64,000 nt of DNA. Origin: Dehalococcoidia bacterium (GTDB lineage: Bacteria; Chloroflexota; Dehalococcoidia; Lucifugimonadales; UBA1123). How positions within the stretch are numbered: the first letter of the stretch is position 1; every line of letters starts with the position of its first letter. The position numbers and the translations under genes are program-made. The notes below the pieces were generated by a model. The model was not told where the DNA came from. It saw only the letters and a list, made by a program, of their open reading frames with translations, and ran no database searches. The DNA lies in assembly GCA_965215735.1 (NCBI GenBank), contig CBDCEF010000002.1:394161-458160 (forward strand), written 5' to 3'. Shown here piece after piece: positions 9,101 through 16,359 of this stretch.

Positions 9101-9506
9101 CGTCCTCTCCCAGCAGCACGAAGTCGCGCGTGTTCGTGACCAGCACGAGCCGGTACTTCTCCCAGTAACCGCTGACCTGTCTGCTTTCGGCAGTCAGCCA
9201 TGCGTTGTCACCAGGACCTTTGACTTCGACAACGCCGCGCTCGGGGGCTTGTCCGGCGCGAGGTCTGCCCTTCTGCACCTGCCCGGCGGCGTAGAGTCCG
9301 ATGTCTGGGTGTCCCGCGCCCTGGTTGGCCATCTCGACGACGCAGAACACCTTCGGCCTGAGCGTCGCGCCGACGGCGTTGAGCAGGTTGGCGAGCGCCG
9401 GGTATGTCGACAGCTCGCCCGTCGCCCCCCCAGAGGCGCGGAGGCGGCCCAGGTCCCCAAGGTACTCCTCGACGATCGAGGTCAGCTTAGCAGCGTTCGC
9501 AGGCAT
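6162..9506 (-). CDS. large fused N6-adenine DNA methyltransferase with a type ISP-like C-terminal specificity domain and a possible N-terminal PD-(D/E)xK nuclease (type IIG-like RM enzyme)
   Basis: SAM motif I is VLDPCCGTGAY and catalytic motif IV is ILGNPPYNGYAG. The C-terminal WSYKLGGYQVLKKWLSYRERKVLGRSL resembles, from memory, the type ISP/IIG TRD C-terminus. The N-terminal GHPDIGLY...(26 aa)...GVVEVKG is a candidate PD...ExK motif. No helicase domain is present. Confidence 0.75.
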   Translation of the reverse strand: MPANAAKLTSIVEEYLGDLGRLRASGGATGELSTYPALANLLNAVGATLRPKVFCVVEMANQGAGHPDIGLYAAGQVQKGRPRAGQAPERGVVEVKGPGDNAWLTAESRQVSGYWEKYRLVLVTNTRDFVLLGEDAQGRPAKLETFRLADSEEEFESGLQRPRAFARRVGAGFGEYLCRALSHRATLAEPRDLAWLLASYARDGLARVESSGDSSSLSVLRSALEDALGVRFEGDRGAAFFRSTLVQTLFYGVFSAWVLWSRETPPPAGRFDWRLAVWHLRAPVLRALFQQLSNPGQLEPLGLVEVLDWTADALDRVDREAFFERFDEGEAVQYFYEPFLEAFDPVLRKQLGVWYTPSEVVRYMVARVDMALKDDLGIEDGLAAENVYVLDPCCGTGAYVGEVLRRIAQNLEGSGLGALVGSRVKQAATERVFGFEIMPAPFVVAHLQVGLTMQDLDAPLSDETERAGIFLTNALTGWEPTVQKPLPFPELEEERDRAERVKQDTPVLVILGNPPYNGYAGMAVDEERELSAAYRNTWLVRRPEGQGLNDLYVRFFRMAEHRITEKTGQGVVCFISNYSWLDGLSFTGMRERYLREFDAIRIDSLNGDKYRTGKVAPDGSPDPSIFSTPVDPVGIQVGTAITTLVRKADHAPTETIGFRNLWGQSKREELTETSESKPAALYDEVSPVLPLGLPFASVAVSEGWHDWPALPDLFPVSFPGVETARDSFLVAIDLQRLKERVTDYFNADLSHEEIARRHPGAMKNTSGFNARSVRNARLAQSSKGEGFLRHAYRPFDHRWLYWESEGGLLRRPVGDYRPHVFEGNLWFSNAQHIRKGAAEPQACFIVHIGARHLIERGANMFPAYLRDDGLGVEGDGIQRRPNLSAAAQHYLECIGAEVEELFHHVLAVLHDPAYREANAGALRMEWPRIPIPGWPDGDEVGSAGKLAESAARGRRLAALLDSDTPVPGITSGVLRPEIAVIAVPSTTNGGNMDGDDFDVMMGWGHFGSGQAVMPGQGRVVERAYTSEEREALGGAVSTLGDSTFDVYLNDRAYWRNVPANVWSYKLGGYQVLKKWLSYRERKVLGRSLLPDEVQHFAEVGRRVSAILELVTQSQ

Positions 9507-9657
9507 GGCTATACTCTACCCCAGCAACGATGGTGCAGGTAAGGATTTAACCCTCACGAGGCTGCGTCATTCCAGGCGGCCAGATGCATAGGGGATTTTC
9601 GATCCCGAAGAGCGGTGCCGACTGACCTACAGGCGTTCGTGAGATGCGACGTAGAGG

Positions 9658-10410
9658 CTAGGTGCCGCTGTCCGGCCTGTAGGGCGGCTCTATTCCGTGT
9701 TCCCGCAGCAGATGCTCCAACTCACGGCGCGCATGTTCCGATTCCTCGCGCGCACGTCGTTCGGAAGTCAGCGCCTGCTCAGCCTGCTCAAGTGCGCGGC
9801 GATTCTCGTAGGTGTCGGGCAGGTGCTCGTTCTCGACAGGGTCGAAGAACCGGAACCACTCGGCATCAGCGTGTAGCTCGAGTCCCAACACCTCACTCAC
9901 ACCGACGTGTTTTCCGTCCACCTCCCGCACCTCGGTTGGCCGATACTCGCCATCAACCAGCATGTACCCGCGCAGACGAGGCTCCAAGTATCCCTCTTCC
10001 GTTGGATCGTATATCCAGTACTCACGCACACCAAGGTCCTGGTACAGTTCGTACTTCGTCACCGTGTCCCGGCGCACCGACGTCGAGGACATGATCTCAA
10101 GCACGAGATCGGGCACTCGTCCCTCGATCCAGGTCTGGAAGATGTTGCGCCTGTGTCTCTTGTGAGTCCGGGTGACCACGAACACGTCCGGCGTTACCAC
10201 ACTCGACGTTATACCCTCCTCGTAGTAGAGGAACATGTCCGCGCCGACCCAAGTTGTCGGGTCGTCCTCGAACCAGCTGGTCAGGGCCGCATGAGCATAG
10301 GTCAGCGGGAAGAGTTGGTGCTCGGACTCTGCCAAAGGTTCGTCATCGTCTATGGGGTAGTGGACTTCGTCTGCACGAGTCGCTTCCTGCTTGAGTCGGG
10401 GTGTGGTCAT
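9658..10410 (-). CDS. Uma2-family (DUF820) endonuclease, paralog 1
   Basis: Conserved blocks: YPIDDDEPLAESE, PDVFVV, VPDLVLEIMS, REYWIYDP. It has a C-terminal coiled-coil tail. Four further paralogs occur in the window. Confidence 0.85.
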   Translation of the reverse strand: MTTPRLKQEATRADEVHYPIDDDEPLAESEHQLFPLTYAHAALTSWFEDDPTTWVGADMFLYYEEGITSSVVTPDVFVVTRTHKRHRRNIFQTWIEGRVPDLVLEIMSSTSVRRDTVTKYELYQDLGVREYWIYDPTEEGYLEPRLRGYMLVDGEYRPTEVREVDGKHVGVSEVLGLELHADAEWFRFFDPVENEHLPDTYENRRALEQAEQALTSERRAREESEHARRELEHLLREHGIEPPYRPDSGT

Positions 10411-10559
10411 CGTAAAACCTCCACCGGGTGGCTGATACAGTCTATCACACGAGACAGATTGCGAAATCCGTATTCCCCGTGACTGCGCCGCAAATCATAT
10501 ATCGCAGAGTTCCCATCCGTCATTGGCATGAAAATGACCAGCTACACAGCCCTCAACTC

Positions 10560-10586
10560 GTCATTCCGGCGGAGGCCGGAATCCAG
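10560..10586 (+). repeat. REP-like hairpin, family 1
   Basis: GTCATTCCGGCGGAGGCCGGAATCCAG. Confidence 0.8.
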
Positions 10587-10820
10587 TGGTGGGGCACGGG
10601 CAGTCTCCGCATTTTCATTGTTCCTTGTGCAGTTCTCAACTGCATGGGTGATTCCCGCGAAAGAACAGCCTGCCCCGCACTCGATGCGGGGTCACCCCGT
10701 ACTCAGATACGGGGCGGGAACCCACGAAGTGGCTCGCCGCTCGGCAATCCATCAGACCGCCCAGCGAGAATACGGCGGCGCCACACAAGAATGGTCTTAG
10801 AAAAGGTGGTTCCTTATGCC

Positions 10821-10906
10821 TCCTCTCCCTTGATGGGAGAGGATTGAGGTGAGGGTGACAAGTGTAATCCCCCTCATCCTAACCTTCTCCCACTAGGGGA
10901 GAAGGG
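10821..10906. repeat. two family-2 REP-like hairpins in opposite orientation
   Basis: 10821-10858 reads TCCTCTCCCTTGATGGGAGAGGATTGAGGTGAGGGTG (reverse orientation). 10870-10906 reads CCCCTCATCCTAACCTTCTCCCACTAGGGGAGAAGGG. Both lie 3' of the CoA-transferase gene. Confidence 0.65.
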
Positions 10907-10923
10907 ACTTCTCAGACACCCTC

Positions 10924-12348
10924 TTACCCCGAGCGCCCCGGCCACACAGGCTGGTGGTAGCCGAGAGGCACCGATGGACGGGCCCAGTATGGTTGCGTCT
11001 CGGAAAGCTGCACGACAGGGGCGAGATGTCCCAGCCGGCCTCCGGGTACGTCGCTGGCTGTCGACCAGCTTTCGATCTCTTCGGCCGTGAATTCCGCGGG
11101 CACGTCCCGGAGCTCGACTTCGGGCACCTGTCCGCGGCTCAAGAGCCAGCGTCCGGTCTGGGCTAGCGAGATCTGCACCATCCAGCTTCCACCCTCCCGC
11201 ACTCGCCGCGCCAGCGCGACCATTGCGCCGAAGGCCATGAGGTATCCGGTCAGGTAGTCTATCGCGGAGACAGGGTAGAACTGGGGACCCGGCTCCGAGC
11301 CGGGGTACAGCTCACCCTGGCGGTGGGTTATGCCACTTACGGTCTGCACTACGGTGTCGAACCCGCGACGCTCCGACCACGGCCCCAGCCTTCCGAAGGC
11401 GGACAGCGAGACGTACACGATTCCCGGGCGGACCGCGGCCAGGTCCTGGGGAGACAGCCCACGCTTCGCGAGAGTCCCTGGTCGGTACCCCTGGGAGAAG
11501 ACGTCGGCCTGTCTCACCAGCCCGCGCATGGTCTCCAGATCACCCTCTTCGCGCAGGTCCAGGTGGGCGGAGAGCTTGCCGTGTCCGGTATCGTACTCTT
11601 GGGCCCCTATGCTCGGCAGATGCGGAGCGGTGATTTTCATCACGTCCGCGCCATGTTCGGCGAGGGTTCGCGCGCAGGTCGGGCCGGCCAGCACGCGCGT
11701 GAGGTCCAGAACTCTCACTCCTGACAGCGGTCTGGATCCCTCCGGCAGCGCCTCCGGCGGACTGTCGCCGATCTTCCTGATCTCAAGCAAAGGGAGCGAA
11801 GCGACCGCGGCAGCCTGTGGATGCACGGCCCACTCTTCCATGGAGCGTACCATTCCACCTGCGCCTTTCGCCGCGATGATCGCTTCCTCAAGCTCAAGCG
11901 CGTCCCACCTGGCTACGGCCCTGCGCACCGCCTCTCCATCCTCTTCTTCGACACCCAGCACTCCCAGCGCCGCGTCGCGGTGATTGGGGAAGTTGCAGTG
12001 CAGATAGCTCCAGCGCCCCCCTCTGGCGGGATACACGCCCATGATCGGGTGACGTTCAGCCCCGGCGGGCTCACCGTCCATGGTCATGTACTTGCTGCTG
12101 CGCAGGGAAGCCGTGGCATGTCGCGTGTTCACGCTGATCTGCTGACCGCGTCCGGTGCGCAGCTTCCAGAGGTCCGAGGCGGCAAGTCCGACCGCCGCCA
12201 AGCTCGCGGCGGCGGTTTCGCCAATTCGGAAAGGCGTCGGCAGAATGGGGTCCGCCCCGCCGTGGATCTCCACGTCGGAGGCGCGTCTCCGATCCCATCC
12301 CGCAATTGGCAGCAGGGTGGATAGGGTGTTGTCGGTCAGTGTTGCCAT
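10924..12348 (-). CDS. class III CoA-transferase (CaiB/BaiF family)
   Basis: The family signature region GVRVLDLTRVLAGPTCARTLAEHGADVMKI is present, and the length and architecture are typical. Confidence 0.85.
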   Translation of the reverse strand: MATLTDNTLSTLLPIAGWDRRRASDVEIHGGADPILPTPFRIGETAAASLAAVGLAASDLWKLRTGRGQQISVNTRHATASLRSSKYMTMDGEPAGAERHPIMGVYPARGGRWSYLHCNFPNHRDAALGVLGVEEEDGEAVRRAVARWDALELEEAIIAAKGAGGMVRSMEEWAVHPQAAAVASLPLLEIRKIGDSPPEALPEGSRPLSGVRVLDLTRVLAGPTCARTLAEHGADVMKITAPHLPSIGAQEYDTGHGKLSAHLDLREEGDLETMRGLVRQADVFSQGYRPGTLAKRGLSPQDLAAVRPGIVYVSLSAFGRLGPWSERRGFDTVVQTVSGITHRQGELYPGSEPGPQFYPVSAIDYLTGYLMAFGAMVALARRVREGGSWMVQISLAQTGRWLLSRGQVPEVELRDVPAEFTAEEIESWSTASDVPGGRLGHLAPVVQLSETQPYWARPSVPLGYHQPVWPGRSG

Positions 12349-12453
12349 GGGCTCCTACCTGTTTCGCATCCATTAGATTTGGTATAGATTATACGAAGTG
12401 AATGGCACTCATATCGAGAGTTTGGTATCAGCAGCTCAGCGGAGAGTCCGACC

Positions 12454-13230
12454 ATGACCACCCGAAGCTCGCTCAAACAGCCTCACACCGCTGACTACTC
12501 TAAGCTCGAACCGCTGCCGGATCCGCCGCGGGAGCCTGATATGAACCAGCGCAGAAGAACCAGCGCTTTCGACGGCATCCTGATTCCTCACTTTGCCGAT
12601 CGCGACGATGTGCTGGTCTCCGGAGAAGGCTACCTACGGAACAATGGGAGCAACGCGGATGAGAGGCTTGCTCCCGACTGCGTGGTGGCCTTCGGAGTAG
12701 ACGCCAGAGCCATAGAGGCCCGGAACGGCTACGTGATAAGCGAGGTTGGCAGGCCCCCGGACTTTGTGCTGGAGGTCGCATCGCGCAGCACGGGTCGTAA
12801 TGACTACACGGTGAAGCGCGAGGGCTATGCCGGGTACGGGGTACGCGAATACTGGCGCTTCGACCACACAGGCGGCAGGTTTCACGACGCCGCGCTTGCC
12901 GGGGACGTGCTTGTGGATGGTAGGTACGAACCTCTGGAGATAGTCCATGAGCCGGACGGGCTGATCTGGGGCCACAGTGAGGTTCTGGGACTGGACCTGT
13001 GCTGGCGTGACGGCGAGCTGAGGTTCCGAGACCAGCTGACCGGAGAGTTCCTGCCGACGCCGGAGGAGCAACAGACTGCTCGGATAGAGGCGGAGACCCA
13101 CGTTGAGCAGGAACATGCCGCTCGGATAGAGGCGGAGACCCACGCTGAGCAGGAACATGCCGCTCGGATAGAGGCAGAGGCCCGCGTTGCTGCGTTGGAA
13201 GCCGAACTGCGGCAGCTGCGCGGCCAGTAG
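12454..13230 (+). CDS. Uma2-family endonuclease, paralog 2
   Basis: Blocks present: PDCVVAFGV, PPDFVLEVASRST, REYWRFD. The C-terminal tail ends in ELRQLRGQ, as in the other paralogs. Confidence 0.85.
   Translation: MTTRSSLKQPHTADYSKLEPLPDPPREPDMNQRRRTSAFDGILIPHFADRDDVLVSGEGYLRNNGSNADERLAPDCVVAFGVDARAIEARNGYVISEVGRPPDFVLEVASRSTGRNDYTVKREGYAGYGVREYWRFDHTGGRFHDAALAGDVLVDGRYEPLEIVHEPDGLIWGHSEVLGLDLCWRDGELRFRDQLTGEFLPTPEEQQTARIEAETHVEQEHAARIEAETHAEQEHAARIEAEARVAALEAELRQLRGQ
13078..13185 (+). repeat. 42-bp tandem repeat (2.5 units) in the Uma2 paralog 2 tail
   Basis: GCTCGGATAGAGGCGGAGACCCACG(T/C)TGAGCAGGAACATGCC occurs twice plus a partial unit. It encodes ARIEAETHxEQEHA repeats. Confidence 0.85.
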
Positions 13231-13245
13231 AGTTCGTGAGCGATG

Positions 13246-13322
13246 ACCGCCGTCCCGACACTCCGGTCGGGATCCAGAACTCAGCTTACAGGCCGCCTTG
13301 CTATTCTGCCCGACAGCCTGCC
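13246..13322 (+). repeat. third copy of the rnpB 3' end
   Basis: GACCGCCGTCCCGACACTCCGGTCGGGATCCAGAACTCAGCTTACAGGCCGCCTTGCTATTCTGCC aligns with rnpB 1171-1240 with a few substitutions. Confidence 0.8.
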
Positions 13323-14219
13323 TTAGCGGGGCTCGGAGGGCCTGAGGTCCGCAGAGTCGAGCCGATACCATAGTGCGGCATCCGCATTGTTGGCCTCTAT
13401 GAATAGCTCAACGTCGTAATAGAGCCTGCTCTCCATTTCCGGGTCCAATTTGTCGTCCAGCATCACCGCTGCCACAACCGGATAGGCGTCCAGTCCCGTA
13501 GCCGCCCGCAGAATCTTTGCGTGATCGGTGACCTTGAGAATGTCCTCCGCATCCGCGGTGTAAGAAGCTTCGATTGCGATGTAGAATTCCGGGTCCGCGT
13601 CATCGTCAGCGAACAAGTCCCTGACCCACGTGATAATGTCGGGTTGTAGGAATGTTCTCCACGCCCTTGATCGAAGCCCGAGCGCTTCCACCTCGTCGCG
13701 GTTTTCTCTCAGCCACGTCGTCAGCCTGGCTCTGCCAACTTGCCCTGTTACTGTACGCTTCACGCCGCGCAGGTCAGCGAACAGGCCGGCGACCTCAAGG
13801 ACATCTTTGCCTGCTGCGCTCTGCGCGTAGTTGCCGCGGAAGCTGGACTGGGCTCGGACCTCTCTTCTGAACGCTTCACCCAGACCGTCGATGTCTCGCT
13901 TCACTATCTTGATGTCCCCCTCGATGCCGTCGAGCCGCCTGTCCACTTGGTCGAGCCGCCTGTCCATCTGAGCGATTTGCTGATCCACCTGGACGATTCG
14001 CTGATCCACCTGGTCGAGCCGTCTGTCCATCCCGTCCAGCCGTCTGTTCGTCTCGTTGGCATGTTCCAGCAGCGCCGCGGCGCTTTCCCTCAGCGAGGTG
14101 AGTTGCTCTGGCACTTCCAGCAGCGCCGCTGTCAGCAGCTCTCGTCTGATCGTCGCGCGGAACTCAGGGTTCTCACGGAGAACCCGGACCAAGTCGTCTG
14201 AAGTGTTGATGTTGGTCAT
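13323..14219 (-). CDS. heptad-repeat coiled-coil protein with C-terminal PD-(D/E)xK-like domain (DUF3782-like), paralog A
   Basis: Six 21-nt units at 13929-14054 encode RRLDxxD heptads. The C-terminus reads FYIAIEASYTADAEDILKVTDHAKILR. It is a paralog of 31561-32364, sharing the N-terminus DDLVRVLRENPEFRATIRRELLT / EDLLRLWHEDEEFRAASRRELLT. The family name is from memory only. Confidence 0.55.
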   Translation of the reverse strand: MTNINTSDDLVRVLRENPEFRATIRRELLTAALLEVPEQLTSLRESAAALLEHANETNRRLDGMDRRLDQVDQRIVQVDQQIAQMDRRLDQVDRRLDGIEGDIKIVKRDIDGLGEAFRREVRAQSSFRGNYAQSAAGKDVLEVAGLFADLRGVKRTVTGQVGRARLTTWLRENRDEVEALGLRSRAWRTFLQPDIITWVRDLFADDDADPEFYIAIEASYTADAEDILKVTDHAKILRAATGLDAYPVVAAVMLDDKLDPEMESRLYYDVELFIEANNADAALWYRLDSADLRPSEPR

Positions 14220-14420
14220 GTCTTGCTCTTTCTATTGGATTGTAGCCCATCCATGTGTTGAAGGCTCCCCCACCTCAAAAATTGCGAAACGCATTTTGCC
14301 TGCCCCGACCCTCCCCATCTGACACGCCACTCCGTCCTGTCCTGAAATGGATTCCCGCACACACGCAATCGGCGGTAGGGAAAGCACATCTTTGCACTTT
14401 TCTATAATTCACAGTTGCAC

Positions 14421-14449
14421 TTGACGCAACTAGCGACACTCCCTACCAT
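14421..14449 (+). promoter_or_regulatory. candidate sigma-70-type promoter upstream of the terminase genes
   Basis: TTGACG (14421-14426), a 17-nt spacer, then TACCAT (14444-14449), about 50 nt upstream of the ATG at 14502. This rests on pattern only. Confidence 0.25.
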
Positions 14450-14501
14450 GCCTGACAGTACATACGTTCTATAAGACAAACCACAGACGGAGTGTTCCGA
14501 A

Positions 14502-14858
14502 ATGAGTTCCACTTCTAACACATTGCAGCAGCTTGTATTGCGGGAGACCGACGACGGACTGGACCTTGTCCGCTTCCTCGTGGACGTAATGGACGCGGAG
14601 ATAGAGGGAGTGAAGATTACAGACCGCACCGCCGCCGCTCGTGAGCTCCTGGACCGCTGCTTCGGCAAGCCGTTCACCACCACCGACCGTACAGCGGAAG
14701 TCTCCGACGACCGGGACGATGCATCGGACGTGCTGCTCGACAGGATCATGATGGTGATCGACGAAGTATCGTCCCCGGATGAAGATAGCTGGGACCCCGA
14801 AGTCCTCGATGCGCTCGACGATGGTCTGGTGGACGACTGGGGGAGCGACAATGACTGA
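14502..14858 (+). CDS. phage terminase small-subunit-like protein
   Basis: The position directly upstream of and overlapping the large terminase fits this call. The motif DRTAAARELLDRCFGKP resembles the small-terminase helix (..a.ellldRgfGKP), and the tail is acidic. Confidence 0.5.
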   Translation: MSSTSNTLQQLVLRETDDGLDLVRFLVDVMDAEIEGVKITDRTAAARELLDRCFGKPFTTTDRTAEVSDDRDDASDVLLDRIMMVIDEVSSPDEDSWDPEVLDALDDGLVDDWGSDND

Positions 14859-16170
14859 TTCAACCGGACTCAGCACTGTGATGAAGTCAGTGGAGAAGCT
14901 GCCCCAGCGTGTGCGCAGGCAGGTGCTCGCGGGCATGAGAGACGTATCCGGCAGGGCCGCCGATGAGGCGCTCTACCTGTGGCCTCTCTGGGCGCGGGAC
15001 AGCCAGATCGCGCCGCCCGGGGACTGGTCCGTCTGGCTGCTCATGGCCGGACGCGGATTCGGCAAGACGCGCACCGGCGCTGAATGGGTGCGCTCTCGCG
15101 TCGAGTCTGGCGCTTCAGGGCGCATCGCGCTGGTCGCCAGGACTCCCGCTGACGTGCGCGACGTGATGATCGAAGGCGACTCCGGTCTTCTGAACATCTG
15201 CCCTCCATGGGACCGGCCCAAGTACGAGCCTACCAAGCGACGCCTCACCTGGCCCAACGGCGCGTTCGCGCTTGCCTTCTCAAGCCACGAGCCGGACCAG
15301 CTACGAGGCCCGCAGTTCGACGCCGCATGGTGCGACGAGCTCGCAAGCTGGGAGTACCCACGCGAGACCTGGGACAACCTCGCCTTCGGCCTGCGCCTGG
15401 GCACGAGCCCGCAGTGCGTGGTTACGACCACACCCAGGCCGATCGGGATGCTGAGCGAGCTTGTTGACCGCGACGACGTACACGTGACCCGCGGCTCCAC
15501 ATACGAGAACAGACGCTTCCTGGCGCAGAGCTTCATCAGGCAGATCGAGCGGCGCTACCAGGGCACGGACACCGGGCGACAGGAGATATTCGCAGAGCTG
15601 CTGGAGGAGGCAGAGGGCGCTCTGTGGCGTCGCGAATGGATCGGACACGCGGAGACCGTGCCGGACCTCAGCCGCATCGTCGTTGCGATAGACCCCGCAA
15701 TGTCCTCCCGGCCGCACAGCGACGAGACCGGAATAGTCGTCGCCGGGGTCGCCGGAGCTGACGACGACCTCCGTGGCTACGTGCTGGAGGACGCGTCCGG
15801 CAGGATGTCGCCCGACGAGTGGGCGCGACGCGCCATCGATCTCTTCGACCGTCACCGCGCCAGCCGGATCATCGGCGAACGAAACAATGGCGGCGACCTC
15901 ATCGGCACGGTGCTCAGGACGGCTGCCGGCGGACGGACGTTGCCCATCAGGCTCGTCACCGCCAGCGTGGGCAAGTACGCACGCGCCGAGCCGGTGGCCG
16001 CGCTCTACCAGCAGGGCCGCGTGCTGCACGCCGGCTCGCTCCCGCGGCTCGAAGACCAGCTCTGCACCTGGGAGCCGGGATCGCAGACCTCCCCGGACCG
16101 TATGGATGCACTCGTATGGGCGCTCAGCGACCTCATAACCGACCGCAGAATCACCCGGATATGGGTCTAG
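14851..16170 (+). CDS. phage/GTA-type terminase large subunit
   Basis: Walker A is WLLMAGRGFGKTRTGAEW and Walker B is AWCDELASW. A C-terminal nuclease region is present. The start is taken at the ATG at 14851, which overlaps the upstream stop (ATGACTGA); the ORF is open from 14779. Confidence 0.85.
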   Translation: MTDSTGLSTVMKSVEKLPQRVRRQVLAGMRDVSGRAADEALYLWPLWARDSQIAPPGDWSVWLLMAGRGFGKTRTGAEWVRSRVESGASGRIALVARTPADVRDVMIEGDSGLLNICPPWDRPKYEPTKRRLTWPNGAFALAFSSHEPDQLRGPQFDAAWCDELASWEYPRETWDNLAFGLRLGTSPQCVVTTTPRPIGMLSELVDRDDVHVTRGSTYENRRFLAQSFIRQIERRYQGTDTGRQEIFAELLEEAEGALWRREWIGHAETVPDLSRIVVAIDPAMSSRPHSDETGIVVAGVAGADDDLRGYVLEDASGRMSPDEWARRAIDLFDRHRASRIIGERNNGGDLIGTVLRTAAGGRTLPIRLVTASVGKYARAEPVAALYQQGRVLHAGSLPRLEDQLCTWEPGSQTSPDRMDALVWALSDLITDRRITRIWV

Positions 16171-16181
16171 GGGAGGCGCTA

Positions 16182-16349
16182 TTGAACACCAAAGCAAGAC
16201 CGGAAGACGACAGCGAGCCGATCTTCTGCGACGACTGTGGACTGGAAAAGATGGCCGAGGTCCGCGACGGCAAGCTCGTCATCGTCGACAGGCGACACGG
16301 CCGCCAGCACGTCGCGATCGTGGAAGTAATCAGAAAAAAGAAGAAGTAG
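16182..16349 (+). CDS. small hypothetical phage-module protein
   Basis: A 55-aa ORF lies between the terminase and portal genes. GGGGAGG sits 5 nt upstream of the TTG at 16182, and an alternative ATG lies at 16161. Confidence 0.3.
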   Translation: MNTKARPEDDSEPIFCDDCGLEKMAEVRDGKLVIVDRRHGRQHVAIVEVIRKKKK

Positions 16350-16359
16350 GAGAGACGAT

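Noticed and set aside
4715-9506. The idea that the DEAD-box helicase and the neighbouring 1114-aa methyltransferase together form a split type ISP restriction enzyme.
   Set aside because: The helicase has the full DEAD-box RNA-helicase motif set (Q, I, Ia, Ib, DEAD, SAT, V, VI), not a type ISP translocase. The two genes are convergent rather than co-oriented.
10428-10847. ORFs spanning intergenic repeat clusters (10428-10847, 10528-10800, 23243-23689, 31281-31517 and 33618-33818). They contain peptides such as VIPAKAGIQ / SFPRKRES.
   Set aside because: These peptides are simply translations of the REP-like hairpins. The ORFs have no other coding signal and differ in frame from copy to copy.
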